A DNA stretch of 64,000 nt from Tricharina praecox (Eukaryota). Every line of letters begins with the position of its first letter. Positions within the stretch are counted from its first letter, which is position 1. The DNA lies in contig NW_026250416.1 of NCBI RefSeq assembly GCF_024521635.1, positions 62,001 through 126,000 of the forward strand, given 5' to 3'. A program made the position numbers and the translations under genes. A model generated the notes under the pieces. That model had not been told where the DNA came from. It saw nothing but the letters and a program-made list of their open reading frames with translations, and searched no databases. This document shows, piece by piece, positions 62,194-64,000 of this stretch.

Positions 62194-64000
62194 CACACTT
62201 CGAGCGTTGTTGTAGCAAAAATTTCGAATCGCGTGGAACGTTCGTAAGGCGGCGGCAACGAGGGCGGTGGCGGCAACGACTGCGGCGGGTTGCGGCGGTA
62301 GTGCTAACAGAAGTGGTGGTAGAAGCAGGTGAGGTCGAGACCGAGATCGATATCACTGGAGGGAGGGGGAGGGTGTGTCGCCTTTCGGGAGTATCCGCAC
62401 TCCTCCGCGAGAACCCGCAACCAACAGAGGAGTTGACACGATGGTGGCCAGGGTTTCCGGGTCGGCGATGGGGTGAATACAGGAGATGTTTTTGGGAGTG
62501 GTTGAAACTGGTATGTACGGGGAGGGTGAAGGCACTTGGAGGGTGGAGGTTGTGAGGTTGTAGGTTGAGCGAGAGAAACGGGTAGCTTGGAAGGGCGCGG
62601 TGGAGTAGGTAGATGTTTAATTCCGATAAAGTTACGAGACGGTCTTTTGAAAAGCAACTGCAAAGTTCAAGTTTAGAGTGGGAGCACAAGCTTCCAAGAA
62701 AGAAGCAAGGGAAAGAATGCAGGCAAGAAGGAAGGAAGGGGTAAATGGGCGGAGAGCGGGCAAGCGAATGAGAGAGAGTGTGTGTGGAGGGACGGAGGAG
62801 GTGAGGAGGTGAATGGGATAAGATGGTAGCGGATGGGAGGCGGAGGAGCAAGGTTTTGGGGGGTGGGAGGAGGAGAGAGAGCAATGGATGGGATGTGTGG
62901 AGGAGGGAACAAAAGACGGCGAGACGGCGAGCACATACCCAGCAACGAAGCCGCTGCCGCCCAGCACCAGCACCCGGCAACAAAACACTTCCCAACAACA
63001 CCCACCAGCAGCACCTACTTACTCAGCTACCTACCACCACCACCACCACCACCACCTCCTCCTCCTCCTCCACCACACCCTCTTGCACACCGCCTCATCC
63101 ATCGCGCAGGCACACACTACATCCTTACATTCCCTTCCGTTTCCCCCGGTCCCCGGGTCCCCACTCCCCTCGTTCCGCAAGCGGAACTGAGCAACGCACA
63201 TCAGGCACTCTTCCCTTCTATGTGCAGAGCACAAGTTGCGTATCCTACGCACCGTACTGGCTTGTTCTACACAGAGAACTCCACTTGCGCTCCACCTAAG
63301 GAAGTACCTAAGTAGGCGTGTTCTCCACCCCACAGGTTCAGATATTCAGCTACTGTTGATGCTTGGGGTGGCGGACACGTAAAACCAGCCCACTTCTTGA
63401 GCGTTCACGGTACATATGACCTGCCTAGTAAACCCTCGACGACTTGACAACCAATCAACACCACCACAACGATTAAATAAGACAAAAGAGCTCTACGGCC
63501 GGTAAGGTAAATAGGATATGAAACGACATGGAGCGCGGTTACTCACACGGGGTGTGGTTAAGACATAATTACGGGCAAAAGTAGAGCTTTTTTTCTTCTT
63601 CTTTTTGGGTAGAGCCGACCAACGGTGACCCATCACGCTAATTTTATAGGGTAATGCCAAGACCTGAGTGATGTAGCGTGACGGAGCCAAGTCCGCGGCG
63701 AGACTTCCTCCAGCTCTCTTCCTTGGCCAGGCCTTCCACCTTTCCACATCTCTAGAGCTCTCAAGGCTAGGAATGAGTCGTCGATGCCCAGAGTGGGGGA
63801 CATGCGTCATCACTCGGCTCCATTCGCGCGATCCAAGCAAACGCGTTATGCGCGGACCCCATCCCCCCGCACCAGCTCGGTTGATCGTGAGGCGGAATGC
63901 AAAAGCACCTCTGGAAGCTACCTTATTTTCCGGCATCGACAACCATTTTATGGGGACGTCAATGTGATCTTGATCTGTGCAGACTTTGCGTGTATACGTA

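Noticed and set aside
61859-63333. Long overlapping ORFs (380, 158, 160 aa) upstream of the ELL-like gene
   Set aside because: Non-ATG starts and low-complexity purine/pyrimidine tracts typical of UTR or promoter sequence.

Overview
Eukaryotic, intron-containing fungal DNA. Short GT-AG introns with CTRAC branch sites and the gene set point to a filamentous ascomycete; Pezizomycetes is my guess and is not provable here. I support about 19 protein-coding genes: a conserved hypothetical, a C2H2 zinc-finger protein, a small acidic orphan, a NIPA Mg2+ transporter, mitochondrial SHMT, a TIS11/CTH-type tandem CCCH RNA-binding protein, a BTB protein, fimbrin, a DDHD phospholipase, MRM2, a CIA84-like PPR protein, a membrane-anchored GH3 beta-glucosidase with a +1 frameshift, a Rax1-like RGS protein, HIS4, TAF9, CMC1, RMD8/Sif2-like, a dienelactone hydrolase and an ELL-like factor. 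There are also several decayed ORFs, a 79-bp MITE and short tandem repeats. The standout is the CCCH gene (20657-24130), which is loaded with sense-strand RNA structure. Its 511-nt first intron places a ~330-nt G-U-rich rod-like hairpin exactly between the branch point and the 3' splice site. Its 3' region holds two diverged copies of a ~130-nt four-way-junction RNA motif with conserved pairing. It also carries a recently duplicated intron+exon unit and an 18-bp coding minisatellite. All exon boundaries were read by hand; no database search or folding program was run.
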